A stretch of 64,000 nt of DNA from Geosiphon pyriformis uo1. Taxonomy: Eukaryota > Fungi > Glomeromycota. Shown one piece after another: positions 25,435 to 37,999 of this stretch; within the stretch, counting starts at the first letter, position 1; every line of letters begins with the position of its first letter. Made by a program: the position numbers and the translations under genes. The stretch covers positions 496,001 through 560,000 of the forward strand of contig JAAOMT010000295.1 of NCBI GenBank assembly GCA_016748015.1. The letters are read 5' to 3'. The notes below the pieces were generated by a model. That model made no database searches. It saw only the letters and a program-made list of their open reading frames with translations, and was not told the DNA's origin.

Positions 25435-26936
25435 ATAAATCCTGAAAACTACAACAATATTAAAAACTATCTTAAGACTTTTAACATACCAAAAAATTGG
25501 TCTCTAATTAAAAAACACTGATTACAACACTAATTCAAATAATATTTCCTGTACTACAACAAAATTTATTATTAAAACCACCAAAACTTAACAAATTCAT
25601 TCAGATTAGTTTAACAAAATAAAAAAAACAATCTTATACAACATGTATACAGACTTTTCATTAGCATATCTAAGAAAAAACAATACAATACAAAGAATAT
25701 TAGAACATTATTTTTGGTTTTACATATACCAAAATATTCAATAATATGTAGAATCATGTAATAATTATCAAATAAGAGAAAAAACTCAATTCACTAAATC
25801 TTTAAATTCAATCAAAGTTAGACAACTATTTAACAGAATAAAAATTAATTTAGTCAAATCACTACTTATTACCATTTAAAAAACCATTATATTGCAATTA
25901 CAGTAGATTATTTTACCAAATGACCTGAAATCAAAGCCATTTAATAAGCAAATACAAAATCAGTAGCAAATTTCATTTATAAAGACATTATTTGTAGACA
26001 TAAATGTCCAATTAAACTTTTATCTGATCAAGAAACACATTTTGTAAACAACATAATACAAAAAATTTGTAAACAATTTAATGTTAAAAAATCTTTATTA
26101 TTACTTTATTACTCATAAACAAATAAACTTGTAGAACAATTCAACCAAATACTATGTAAATTATTAGCCAAAATCTCAACTGATTTTGAACAATAATAGA
26201 ATATCTTTATTTTATCAATATTATTAGCATATAAAACACTAAAACAAAATATTATAAAACACACACTCTTTGATTTAATCTATAAAAAAACAGCAATATT
26301 ATCAATCAATTTTATTGTAAAAACATACTTTGTACAACTAATCAATGAAAAAAACTTTTAAGAAATATTTTAATCAAAAGCCTACACTCTTTTTAGTACT
26401 TTGAAAAGAAAATAATAAATAGCAGCCACCTATATTGAATACTCCTATATTGTAATATGGTTTCAGTCGATCTTTATATGCTGTTTTAGCTAAGATTTTG
26501 TTGTTTTATTTTAATTTATAAGCTCTATTTTCTAGAATTTCTTCTATGTAAAATAGTTCATCCTATTTGGGATCAAATTTTCCAAGCTTAATAAAAAAAA
26601 TAACATGACAACAAATTGCTACCAATAACCAATAAATTTAAAGTTGGAAACAAAGTTTTTTTACACAAAACTAAGACTAAAAAACAATGGAATAAAAAAT
26701 TTAAACATAAATAGAACAAACTATTTTATATTTACAAAATTTTAGACAATAAATCATACAAGTTAAGACTTAATAACAAAATTTTAGCAAAAATTACACA
26801 TAAGAATTGATTAAAATATTATCATTTCAGAAACAATTCTGAATCATTAATTCTACAAATTAGTACATATTCTTCTTTAATTAATCTTAAAGATATTTTC
26901 CAAAATTTAGAACCAATAGTTATAATAAAACAATAA
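25435..26936 (+). pseudogene. B1 integrase (HHCC, DDE, GPY/F) as an apparently separate ORF
   Basis: YFW..C..(C), VDYFTK(W)PE, LSDQ(G)THF, LVE(R)FN, ending NLEPIVII.Q*. Starts 49 nt after the RNase H stop. Confidence 0.82.
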
Positions 26937-27169
26937 TTATATTTGTATATTTAATTTAACATTATCATAATATTCATTTTAAAATACACAAAATATAAAA
27001 CAAAAATAGTAAATAATCACAAAAAAACTCAAAAATATATAAAAACCCAATATCCAAAAATATTTTTGTATTTTCTCTTTTCAAAACCTTTTAGAATTTT
27101 ATTTTTTCTTTTCGGATTTTTTCAAATTTTATTTGCAACTTTATTTTATTTTATTATAATTATTCTATA

Positions 27170-27830
27170 AAATATTTAACAAATATTCCAAAAATTAATG
27201 TTAATCTTGAAAACACTTTCTAATTTATTCATAATAATTAATAAAAGTCAAATTAGTTATATCCAAAAAAAAACTACAATGCCAATAGCAAATAATTTTC
27301 AGAATTATTATTCTTATAAAAAAAATACAAGAAATTATTTTGGAAGTCAATTATTAGAACTTTTAAAACAAGCTTTAAAAAAAAACTTTTTATTCACTTC
27401 TATTAACATTTTACTAAATGCCACAATACAATAAAAGCTTTAACTGTTTCTTAATAAATAAAGCTATAAATATACTTTCATATATAAATATTTTCATATT
27501 GGAAAAACATTTTATGAATAAAAATTAGAACTTGCAAAAACAAATCTCATTTTTAAAGCCATACAAAAACAAGTTCACAATAAATTCAAGATAGCAGCTG
27601 GATCAATAAACACTTATTATAAACTTAAAGCAGTATTTAAACTCTATAACTTGTTTAATACTTGTAAAAATATCCTACAAAATCTAATACTTTAACCAAT
27701 GAAGATTTAATATATTGACAAATTCACAAAACTGAAATTTTAACAATTTTTAGACCAAATCATCACAATTATTTTGGACTACTATCTCAATATTACAGAT
27801 ATTATTTAAACTTTAACAAAGCTTAGTTTT
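27170..27830 (+). pseudogene. B1 additional 3' ORF (ORF3), unknown helical protein
   Basis: One frame over ~27200-27830 broken only by TAA codons (C>T revertible): YKYFHIGK...QKQVHNKF...KAVFKLYNLF...IDKFTKLKF. A second copy lies in B2. Confidence 0.7.
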
Positions 27831-27848
27831 AAAGAGGAGATTATATTA

Positions 27849-27880
27849 GTTTGGACCTTACTCATAAAACGTTAATAAAA
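27849..27880 (+). mobile_element. Severely 5'-truncated LINE 3' end with poly(A)
   Basis: GTTTGGACCTTACTCATAAAACGTTAATAAAAA matches the 3' end of the LINE at 10168-10205. Flanked by duplicated ..ATTATATTA. Confidence 0.75.
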
Positions 27881-27892
27881 AAAAAAAAATTA

Positions 27893-28821
27893 TATTATCA
27901 GTAAAATTTTAGCTATTAATTAACATAAAATTACTTTTATAATTTTTATTATTAATTAGTATATATTAATATTATTTTAAATTATCACTTATTATTTAAT
28001 CAAATTATTGAATATTATCATTTAATTAATAATCTGATTTATATAATAAAAATTAAGATGATCAAATTATACAATATCCTAAACTATATAATATTCAAAA
28101 ATTTGCCGAAATAATAAATAATTTACTAAAATAGTTAATAGTTTATTGAAATATATTTTTAATTCATCAAAATTATAGCAAAAAAAAAGTTAAAGTTTAT
28201 AGACTAGTATTATAACAAATTATATAAAAAAAAAAGCTTTTCTTTTTGAGAAAATGTATTTTACCCAGAATTATCTTAATTTAAATTAAATTAGCTTTAC
28301 AAAAAGAATAAAAAACATTAAATACTTGAAAACCAAATTTCTTAAACTATTTACACTTGAAATTTTCTAAAACTCAACTAATATTTTAAAATTAATTAGC
28401 TACCAATTTCAATAATCTGTTAGTAACTTCAAACTTAAACAAAAAATGATTTTTTTGATAAAATTCTATTTTTTTTACATTTTTTTTATTTTTTTTATTT
28501 TTTTTATTATAATTATTAAAGTAGTCTACAGACAAGATTTCTGTAAAAGAGTTAACTTTTGTAGCAAAGTAACTACACATTTTAGTGAGTTTTCAGATAA
28601 GCAATTCTTAAAAAAGAGTTGACATTTACTACAATATAACTATCCAAAGCAACTGGTATAGAATTGGCTATTCTATTTATAAGTCTAGTAATTCAAATTA
28701 TAAAAAATAATTTGAAAATAAATTCAGTTATTGGAGGTTTATTAACTTTTAAAAAATGTAAATTAACAGCAAACAAGTATTAACAACATTTAAGAAAAAA
28801 GACCAAAAACCTCTAGTAATA
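27893..28821 (+). repeat. B1 3' LTR
   Basis: Matches the 5' LTR; preceded by the PPT AAAGAGGAGA (27831-27840). Confidence 0.88.
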
Positions 28822-30293
28822 ATGTCTTTTTTGCAATTAGGTTTTTTTTTTTTGGCAGATATTACAGATTTTGATGTACTTAGTAATGTTTTTTTTTAAG
28901 ATAGGCCAATAATAGTAAGTAAAAGTTTTTTAAATTATTTTTGTTTTTCCAAAATGTTTAATTAATGAATTAATATGCTGTTATAGATTATAATTTTTCT
29001 TTTTTCCAATTTAATAACTCTCTAAAAGCAATCAAAATTTTTTCTATTTCTTTTGTAAAGTTGGTTTTGATAAATTAAATAAAAATTTAATTGTTTTTGC
29101 AAATGTTCTTTTTACTATTAAGTATGTTCTAATAAGTATTGCTTTTTACTCAAAAAATTTATTAATGCAAAGTAATTGTCCAAGTTTATTATTATGTTTG
29201 ATTAAGAGAAAGTTATCAATAATTAAATTGGTTTGGTTTTATAAAAGTTGTACTATCATTGAATGGTAAGTCTAAAAAGAGCATTGGTATTTTGATAATG
29301 AACTTCTTTACAATATTGTATATTATAGTTAAATTCATTCAGATAAAGTATCTAGTAAGTTATTTATTTGTGTTTTAGCTTTTTTTTGTTGCATAGCCAA
29401 ATTAAAGCTTAATAATCTGTTATTACTAAAAATTTTACACCAAGGAAATACTTACTCCAGTAGCTAGTAAACCATATTATTGCTAAACATTTCTGTTTAA
29501 TTACTGAGTAATTCTGTTTTACTGAAGAAAAAAATCTGCTAGCATAAACTATGGTATGTTTTTTATTATTTTTATTTTTCTAAGATAGAATAACACCAAG
29601 TCCAAAACCAGATGTATTAATATGAAGGATAAAAAATTAATTCAGATTAGATTGCTTGAGAATTAACTTAATAATTAGTTTTTTCTTCAAAGTTTCAAAG
29701 CTTTTTATTAATATATACTTTAATAATAATTAACAGTTTTTTTAAGTAATTAATTGAATAAAAAAACGATTTTGGAAAAATCTTTAACAAATTTGCAATA
29801 ATAAGATATTAAACCAAAAAAAAAGTATAGTTTATAAATATTTATTGATTGTTTAATGTTTTGAACCTTTTCAATTTTGGCTGAATCAAAAAAAATTCCA
29901 TCTTTTATAATAAAATGTCTAAAAAACTGAGTAAATTAACATCCAAAAAAAAATTTAATTAGATTGATTTTAAGACCAGCATTTTTAAAAAAATCAAAAA
30001 TCTTTTATAAATCAAGAATATTACCTTCTTTTAAAATAACTAGGCTGTTCTTAGCCAGCAAGTTTTTAATGTCCACTTTTTTTTCTTTTAAAGAAGATTT
30101 TTTTTGTTTTATTGTTAATAACTGTATCTTAAGTGGTTTATTTTCAAAAAACTTTTGCACTTTTTTTATCTTTTTTCTTGGTATTAAGCTAATAGATTCC
30201 TAATCTTTATAGTAAATTAGACAGAATTTGCATTTATTATTAGAAAAATACAATGATTTATTGTACCAGCACTGAATACAAAGACTATATTAC

Positions 30294-33200
30294 TGTTATA
30301 AGTTGGAGTAACAAGCTAATAGATAACAAAGGAGAACAGGATTGTAGGGTGATAAAAGGAATCAAAGGGAATTCAACTTTAAAGAGCAAATTAAATAAGT
30401 ATAAATTCAATATGTGAGATTAGTCTCATAAAATATCTCAGTCACTATACTTTTCAAAAAATAAATGAGAAATCTGAAAGTAGAGAGATAGTCCATATTG
30501 TTAACAAATGATCACACACTGGTATAATTCTATGTTTCACATTAGTGCTCTTAGAATTTAATATTAAGTATTAGATGTATTCTTTAGTCATGTTTTATTC
30601 AATAATCTTTAAATGCTGCAATTACATGTTTTAAAAAAAAAATAGAAAATAACCAACAAGTAATTTTTTATTCCAAAATGTTCAGATACTTGAAGGTAAA
30701 AAAAGAAAATTTAGCAATAAGAAAAAAATTAAGATAAAGTTGTTATTTTTATTTCTTTTTTTTCTTTGATTTTTACATGCTTTTTTATAACTAAAAAATT
30801 CATTGCTTATATAACTATCAAAAGTGATTAATGATCAGGTCAATAGTCAGATCCTTGATTAGGTCAATAATCACTTTCTAAAAATAGAGTAGCTAATTAT
30901 ATAATATTAGTGGCTAATACATGTAATAATTAATAAGAAGTATAGGTTTTAACTATAACATTATTCTTTCCAAAGAGATTGAGCTCTGGCAAAATCAAGC
31001 TATTTATGATGTAATCTATTTGAAAAGTTTTATTTAACTCAAAGCTAACTAGTTTGTTGAAGTCTTTTGTGAATAGGATATATAATACTTAAAGTAAAAT
31101 AAGTTTTGTATCTAAGAGACCAAATCTTTGTATTAGAGTTTTGGTTCTTTTAGCAATAGTTAAAACTCTTAGGACATCTAACCATATAATGTCCAAAATT
31201 TCTGTCTGTATCTCTGAAGTTGTTTTCTTTATGAGTTTTATATCCTTTATGATTTCTTCAAGGCAACCATAGAGTTTTAATTGCCTTCCATATGACAAAT
31301 TTTTGTCTATGGACAAGATTTTTTGGATTGTTTTTCTAATTGTGCTAGAAGATAAAAATATAGCTGCTATTATACTTTCTAACAGATATTTATTCATTTT
31401 GCTACTAATTTTTTTTCTTCTGGTAGTAGTTTTCTTGGGTCTAATAACAGTATGTGTTTTACTATTATCAGTTATAGTGGTTTGTTTTCCAATGGTCAGA
31501 GTAGTATTTGAATAGTTTTTGATCCAATACTTATAGAGAGTATAAAAAGCATTTTGAATGTTTTGATCCAGAAAATAATTGTTTATGTCAATTGAAGATA
31601 CCTCTGTTTTGAGAATAGTGTATTTATTTATACTTGAATTTTGCTAATCATTTGAGTTAGTATTATTATAACAGACAACCAATCAGGTCGTTTATGATAT
31701 TTCTTGAGTCATATATTATGAATAAGATGATCATTAAAGATTGTTCCAGATTGATTTTGAAGAATATAAGAATCATTGTTCAAAACTTTGTTGACTATAA
31801 AGAGTCTTTTCTATCAGCTAGAGAATTTATCACCATAGATATTGTCTCTGTCTGAATGGTATTCCAATACCAAGTCACCAACATTTAAAGAAAGTGTTTT
31901 ATAGGTTTTCTTTTTTTTAAGCTTTTTTTGGAACTGTTTTATCTTTTTAAAAGCAATTATTTGTGCTTTTACCAAGAAGTTAAGAATAGTATCAAGTCTT
32001 CTTTGCAAAATGTCTTTGTAATTTTCTATTGTGATTTTTTTAAAAAGTATTGTCTTAATGTTAATTTCTATTGGTAGTATTGTCATATATTCATAGAGCA
32101 AATAAAAAGGTTTATAACTTGTTATGTCATAATTCACAGTTATATAAGCAAACAAAGCTGAAGACAGTATTTTGTCTTATAAGTTTATTTTTTCACTGGT
32201 TTTGGCTAAAGTTTTACATAGTGTTCTATTGAAACATTTCACTAAACTATTTGTTTGAAGATGGTAAAGAAAAAAAAGTTTATGACATATTCTCATTTTA
32301 CTACAAAGTTCTTCAACCAGTATACTGAGAAAAGCTCTTTCTTTATTAGATAAAAATTCTTTGGAGCAGCTATGATGGCAGATAATATCTTCATAAATGA
32401 AATTGGCTATTGAAACTGCTGTTTAGTTTGGAGTGGCTCTTGCTTCTACTTACTTTGTAAAATAGTCAGTAGCTGTAATAATGTATCTATTGTTATCAGG
32501 AGTTATTGTTAAAGATCCAACAATATCTATACCAATTCTGTTAAATAGTTAACTAACAGAAATTAGATGAATATTTTCTTTGCAATTGGATTTGTCTCTT
32601 CTTTGACAGATATTACAGGTTTTGATATATTCAGCAATGTTCTTTCTTAAAATAAGCCAATAATAGCAAGCTAAAGTTTTCTGAATTGTTTTTGTTTTTC
32701 TAAAATGTCCAGTTAATGGATTAGTGTGTATATTGTATATTACAATTTTTCTTTCTTCAAATCTGATGACTCTTTGAGGATAATCAAAATCTTTTTTGTT
32801 TCTTTTATATAATTGATTCTGACAGATCAAATTTCTATTTGATTGTTTACACAAATGTTCTCTTTGCTATTGAGTGTATTTTGGTGGGTATTGTTCTTTA
32901 CCCAAAAATTTTATTAAAGCAGAGTAGTTGTCCAAGTCTATTATTGTGTTTGTCAAAAGATGAGTTACTAATAATTAAAATGAGTTGGTTTGAGAAGCTT
33001 GTACTGTTACTAAATGATAAGTCTAGAGAGAGCATCAGTATTTTAATGATTTGCTTCTTTGCAATGTTGAATATTATAGTTGAATTCATCTAAATAGAGT
33101 ATTCAACAAGTTATTCATTTGTGTTCCAGCTTCTTTTTATTATGCAATCAAACCAAGGCTTAATGATCTGTTACTACTAAGAATTTTACACCAAAGAGAT

Positions 33201-36200
33201 ATTGGTCTCAGTAACTAGTAGCCCAAACTATTACTAAGCATTCTTGTTAAATTACTAAATAGTTTTTTTCTGCTGATGTAAAGAATTTACTGGTATATGT
33301 TATAGTATGTTTTCTGCTATCTTCATCTTTTTGTAAGAAGACAGCATCAAGTTTATAGCCAGATGCATCAGTGTGAAGAATAAAAGGTTGGTTCAGATTA
33401 AGTTGCTTAAGGATTGGTTTAGTAACAAGTTTTTCCTTCAGAATTTCAAAAGCTTTTTTGTTGATAAGTGCCCCAGTGGTAATTGATATTTTTCCTGAGT
33501 AACTAATTAAGAGAAAAGACAATTTTGGAGAAATCTTTGATAAATTTGCAATAGTAAAAAGCCAAACCAAGAAAAGAGCATAGTTCAGAAACATTTATTA
33601 ATTGTCTAATGTTCTGGACTTTTTTGGATCAGAAAAGATTCTATCTTTTGTAATAAGATAACCAAAAAACTGGATGGATTAATGTTCAAAGAAAGATTTG
33701 ATTGAATTGATCTTAAGACCAGCATTTTTGAGCAGATCAAAAACCTTTTGCAAGTGTTTAAGGTATTCATCCCAAGTTTTCAAGTATACTATTATGTTAT
33801 CCAAGTAGACCAGAACAAAGTTTTCTTTTACTGATTCAAACAATTTGTTTATTAAGTATTAAAAGGTAGAAAAGGCATTGGTAAGACCAAAAGACATGAT
33901 TGTGAATTCATAAATGCCATACTTGGTAATAAAAACAGTTTTCTTTCTGCTTTTTGGATCTATTTTTACTTGCCAGAATCCAGCAGTTAAGTTAATAGTT
34001 AAGAAGAAAGCAGCACTATTGAATTTGTTTAGCATTGCATCAATTTTGGGGAGTGGATATATGTTTCTTATAGTGATGATATTTAATTGGCAGTAATCAA
34101 CACAGAAGCATAGGATTCCACCTTTTTTGGATACTATTACAATTGGAAAAGCCTATTTACTTTTGGTTTTTTATATAAATCCAAGATTTTTTATCTGGTT
34201 TATCTTTTTCTTAATGAACTTATTATTGCATTGATTGGATTAATAAAACTTTAAATAGATGAGTTGAGTTTCTTTGGTGATGATGGTGTGTTGTATCACA
34301 TGGGTTCGTTTAGAGGTATCATCTTCTTTTAAAATAATTGGATTATTTCTAGCCAACAGATTTTTAATGTCCACTTTTCTTTTTTCAGAGGAAGTTTTTT
34401 TTTGTTTTACAACTAGTGATTGGATTTTAGGTGGTTCATTTTCAAAAGACTATAGTACTTTTTTTAGATATTAAACTAATTGGCTTCCAATTTTTGTAAT
34501 AGATTAGGCAAAACTTGTATTCATTACTAGGAGAATACAAAAGTTTATTGCACCAGCATCTGGCACAAGAACTATGTTACCAATAACTGTATTTTGCTTT
34601 CTTGCCAGGTTTTTTATCAAAGATTTTTCTAAGAATATCATAGTAGGGCCAGCAGATCAGCTTGTCATTTACCATAATTCTTTTTTTGTCAGCTTTAATA
34701 TTGTCCAGTGGTTTGTCATTGCTAGTGAAGATAGTATAGGTAAGTTCAGCAGTTTTTTCTTGTTTTTCTTGATTTTTTTCTTCATCACTCTCATTATCAT
34801 CTGATTCATTTGATTGTTCTTCTTCTTGGTTTTGCTTAGATATTAAAGGAGTTGTCCAATGACAGCATTTAATTATGATAAGCTTTTTATTACATCTAAT
34901 GATCAGCTCACAAAGTTTATAGTCTAAGAGGGCTTTCACTTTCTTAAACCATTTATTGCCAATAATTATTGTGTATTCTTTGGTTTCAGATACCTTTATG
35001 TTAGTTACAATGTTGATATTATTGATATAAACAAGAACAGCTTTGGCTATGCTCAGATTTTTCTTCTTGTTACCATGTATATTGGTCATTGATCAAATGG
35101 AAAGCTCATCAATCTTTCTGCCAATTGCTTCAAGAAAGTGTTTGGCAATTACACTAACCAATAATCTATTGTCTAGGATTAGATCAATGAAGTAACCAAC
35201 CACTTGGGCTTTACAAATCAGAGGAGTAATATTGTTGTTATCAGTGAGTCTAACTTGACAAGGACATTTGTTGGTCTTTGGTGTTTTCTTCTTTGGTATC
35301 AATAATTTGCAAAGATTTTTTCTAAACTGTGGATGAGTCATTAATTGGCCAAATGTAATATATGCTGGAGTTTCTATGAGATCTTTAACAACAAAACGGG
35401 GCCAGATTTTTGTATTATTTCTGGGAGTTCTAACTTTGGAGAATTTTTAAAAACTTTAGTCTTTGGTGGCTCATTGTTATTAACAGTTGATTTGGATGCC
35501 TTGTTTGGGTCCAGAACGAAATCAATCTTGGCTTTCTTTTTCTTTCTTATTAATTCAAAGATGTTGATTGCTAGTTCATTTATGTTATGATCATTATTAG
35601 TTAAGTTAAAAACATAAAAGAGGTTTTTTTCTGATTGGCTTGTACTTTTACCCTTTGGAGGTACACCTACTAGTTTAAAGGTTAATAAACAATGGCTTCA
35701 ACTAGGGAATCTTTTTCAAAGAAATTAATGTTGGCATGATTGGGTCTTTAATTAGAGATATTGTTGTTAATAATTCTGTTAGTTTAATTGTCATTGTTTC
35801 TAAGAACTGAAGAAGGCAATAGAGAATTGTTGCAATTTCTGAAAAAGTGTCCAGTTAATTTACAGCAATAGCACACAGGTGGGCCATAATTTTGCTGTCT
35901 TTGATAAGAAAGTTGCTAAGGCTAATTGAAACATGGTTCAAATCTAGCTCTTTGTGATTGCTGATTATCTCTAACTGCTTGGGCTAAGGATTCCAGTAAC
36001 CAGGCAAGATTAGCTGTAAGTCTGTCTATTAACTTTTTATTTGGGTCTTGAGTTTGGGCAGCAAAAGAAGTAGTGATCATTTAGGAAGCAGGTGCCATAA
36101 CAAGAACAGGAGCAAAAACTGGAAGTGTGGATTCCAAGTGCATCTTTTGATTGTCTTTAATTCATTGGACTAGTTCAATAACCATATTCATTGTGGGATT

Positions 36201-37999
36201 GTTTTTTAGGGCCAGGAAGGGCCAAAAAGCATATAACAGATCTGTTTTCAATTTTTTTGTAAAAAAATAAATCTTTTGCTCTTCTGTCCAGTTTTTTCTA
36301 GAGTTTACTCTTTTAATTAACTTTCTGATGGTTTTGGCATATTTAGTTACCACTTTACCAGGATCTTGGGTTCTTTTTTCTAGTTCCATATACCATTTAG
36401 AGATTAGGATAGGAGTTCTGAATATATTTTTAAAGTGAATAGTAAAAGAGGTATTTTCTTTTCCAGCATTTGTTGATGTCTATCTAATGATTTTTTGGTG
36501 AGCACCAGTATTGGTTTTTTGTAAAAACCAAGTAGCAAAAAACTCTTGAAGATAACTACCAACAATTTGGAACTTGTATTCAGCATCATATTGGTTGACA
36601 GTAGCTGCTCTTTCAAAATCATCCAACCATTCAATTGGATTTTGTGTATCATCTCTGAATAAGAATAGTGGGGTGTTGTTTCTTTGTCCTAGAGCAGTTT
36701 GTATACTCTAAAAGGCAGCCAGAATGTTTGCTTGCATAGAGTTATTAGCCATTGGTTCAGAAGTAACTGTTTGTGTGGAATGTTCTAATTTACTTGATAA
36801 AAGATCAAAAACAAGAGCAGTTTAGTAGCTTTTTTCTTCTGTTTCAAGAGAAGTTTCGACTGATTAATGAGCAGCAATTCAAATGTGGATTTGATAATTC
36901 AAATATTCGAAATCAGGAAGCTGTTGTTCAAAGGTTGTTGAGTATAAAAGTTAATTAATGCTATTGTTTTTTTTTTCAAAGTTGTCTTCAAAATAAGCTT
37001 GATCAAAGTAATAAGTTGTATAAACTATATAGGTTTCAGCTGAATGTTCATTCAAGAACCAGTTTCAAAAGTCTTGAAATTGTTTACTGGATTGTTTTTC
37101 AATGGGAAAGCAAATTAAGCAAGAGAGCAAAGAATTAAGTTTAATAAAATCTAGATTGTTTTTGTTGTGTGTTTCAAAATATTCTTCTGATTGTTGTAGC
37201 AAGTATGAATAATTACCCATACAATAGGAAACAAAGTGGATTTTGACAACCTCACAGAGAGCACCACTTTTATGTTATGGGTTAAAGTAACAAGCTAATA
37301 AATAGCAAAAGAGAACAGAATTGTAGGGTGATAAAAGAAATCAAAAAGAATTCAACTTCAAAGAGCGAATTAAATAAGTATGAATTCAATATGTAAGATC
37401 AGTTTTATAAAATATTTCAGTTGCTATACTTTTCAAAAGATGACCAAAGAATCTGAAAATAGAAAAATAGTCTGTACTGTCAACAAATAATCACACACTA
37501 GTATAATTCTATGTCTCATGTTAGCACTCTTAAAATTTAATATCAGGTATTAAATGTACTTTTTAGTTATGTTTTATTCAATAATCTTCAAATGCTGCAA
37601 TTACACATTTCAGGAAAAAGATAGGAAATAACCAACAAGTAATTTTTTATCCCAAGATGTTCAGATACTTGAAGGTAAGGAAAAAAAATTTAGCAATAAG
37701 AGAAAAATTGAGATAAAGTTGTTATTTTTATTTCTTTTTTTTTTTTAATTCTTACATGCTTTTCTACAGCTAAGAGATTCATTGCTTATATAGCTATCAA
37801 AAGTGGTTAATAATCAGGTCAACAACTAGGTCAATAATTAAGTCAATAATTAGGTCATTGATCAGGTTAATAATCAAGTCAATGATTAGGTCAATGATCA
37901 GGTCAATGATCACTTTCTAAAAATAGAGTGGCTAATTATATGACATCAATGGCTAATACATGTAATAATTAATAAAAAGTATAGGTTTTAATCATAATA
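30294..37999 (-). mobile_element. Ty3/Gypsy element A2 (family A), full-length, inserted in A1
   Basis: LTRs 30294-30960 and 37273-37999; PBS 37250-37266; TSD TTAC on both sides. Contains gag (ATG 37220), PR, RT (YLDN), RH, IN and ORF3. Confidence 0.92.

Larger units (their letters stand above)
10150..28821 (+). mobile_element. Ty3/Gypsy element B1 (family B, dUTPase-carrying), inserted in A1 integrase
   Basis: TSD ATGT at 10146-10149 and 28822-28825. The 5' LTR is split by the LINE (10150-10167 + 18811-19774). PBS-like TGGTGCTC at 19777; 3' LTR 27893-28821. Confidence 0.9.

Noticed and set aside
26581-26602. AATAAAAAAAA resembling a retroposed poly(A) tail
   Set aside because: It is G>A/C>T-decayed integrase coding sequence (QQKER).
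37805-37912. Regular short repeats that might suggest a CRISPR array or telomeric tract
   Set aside because: Head-to-tail 12-bp units with no spacers, inside an LTR of a eukaryotic genome.
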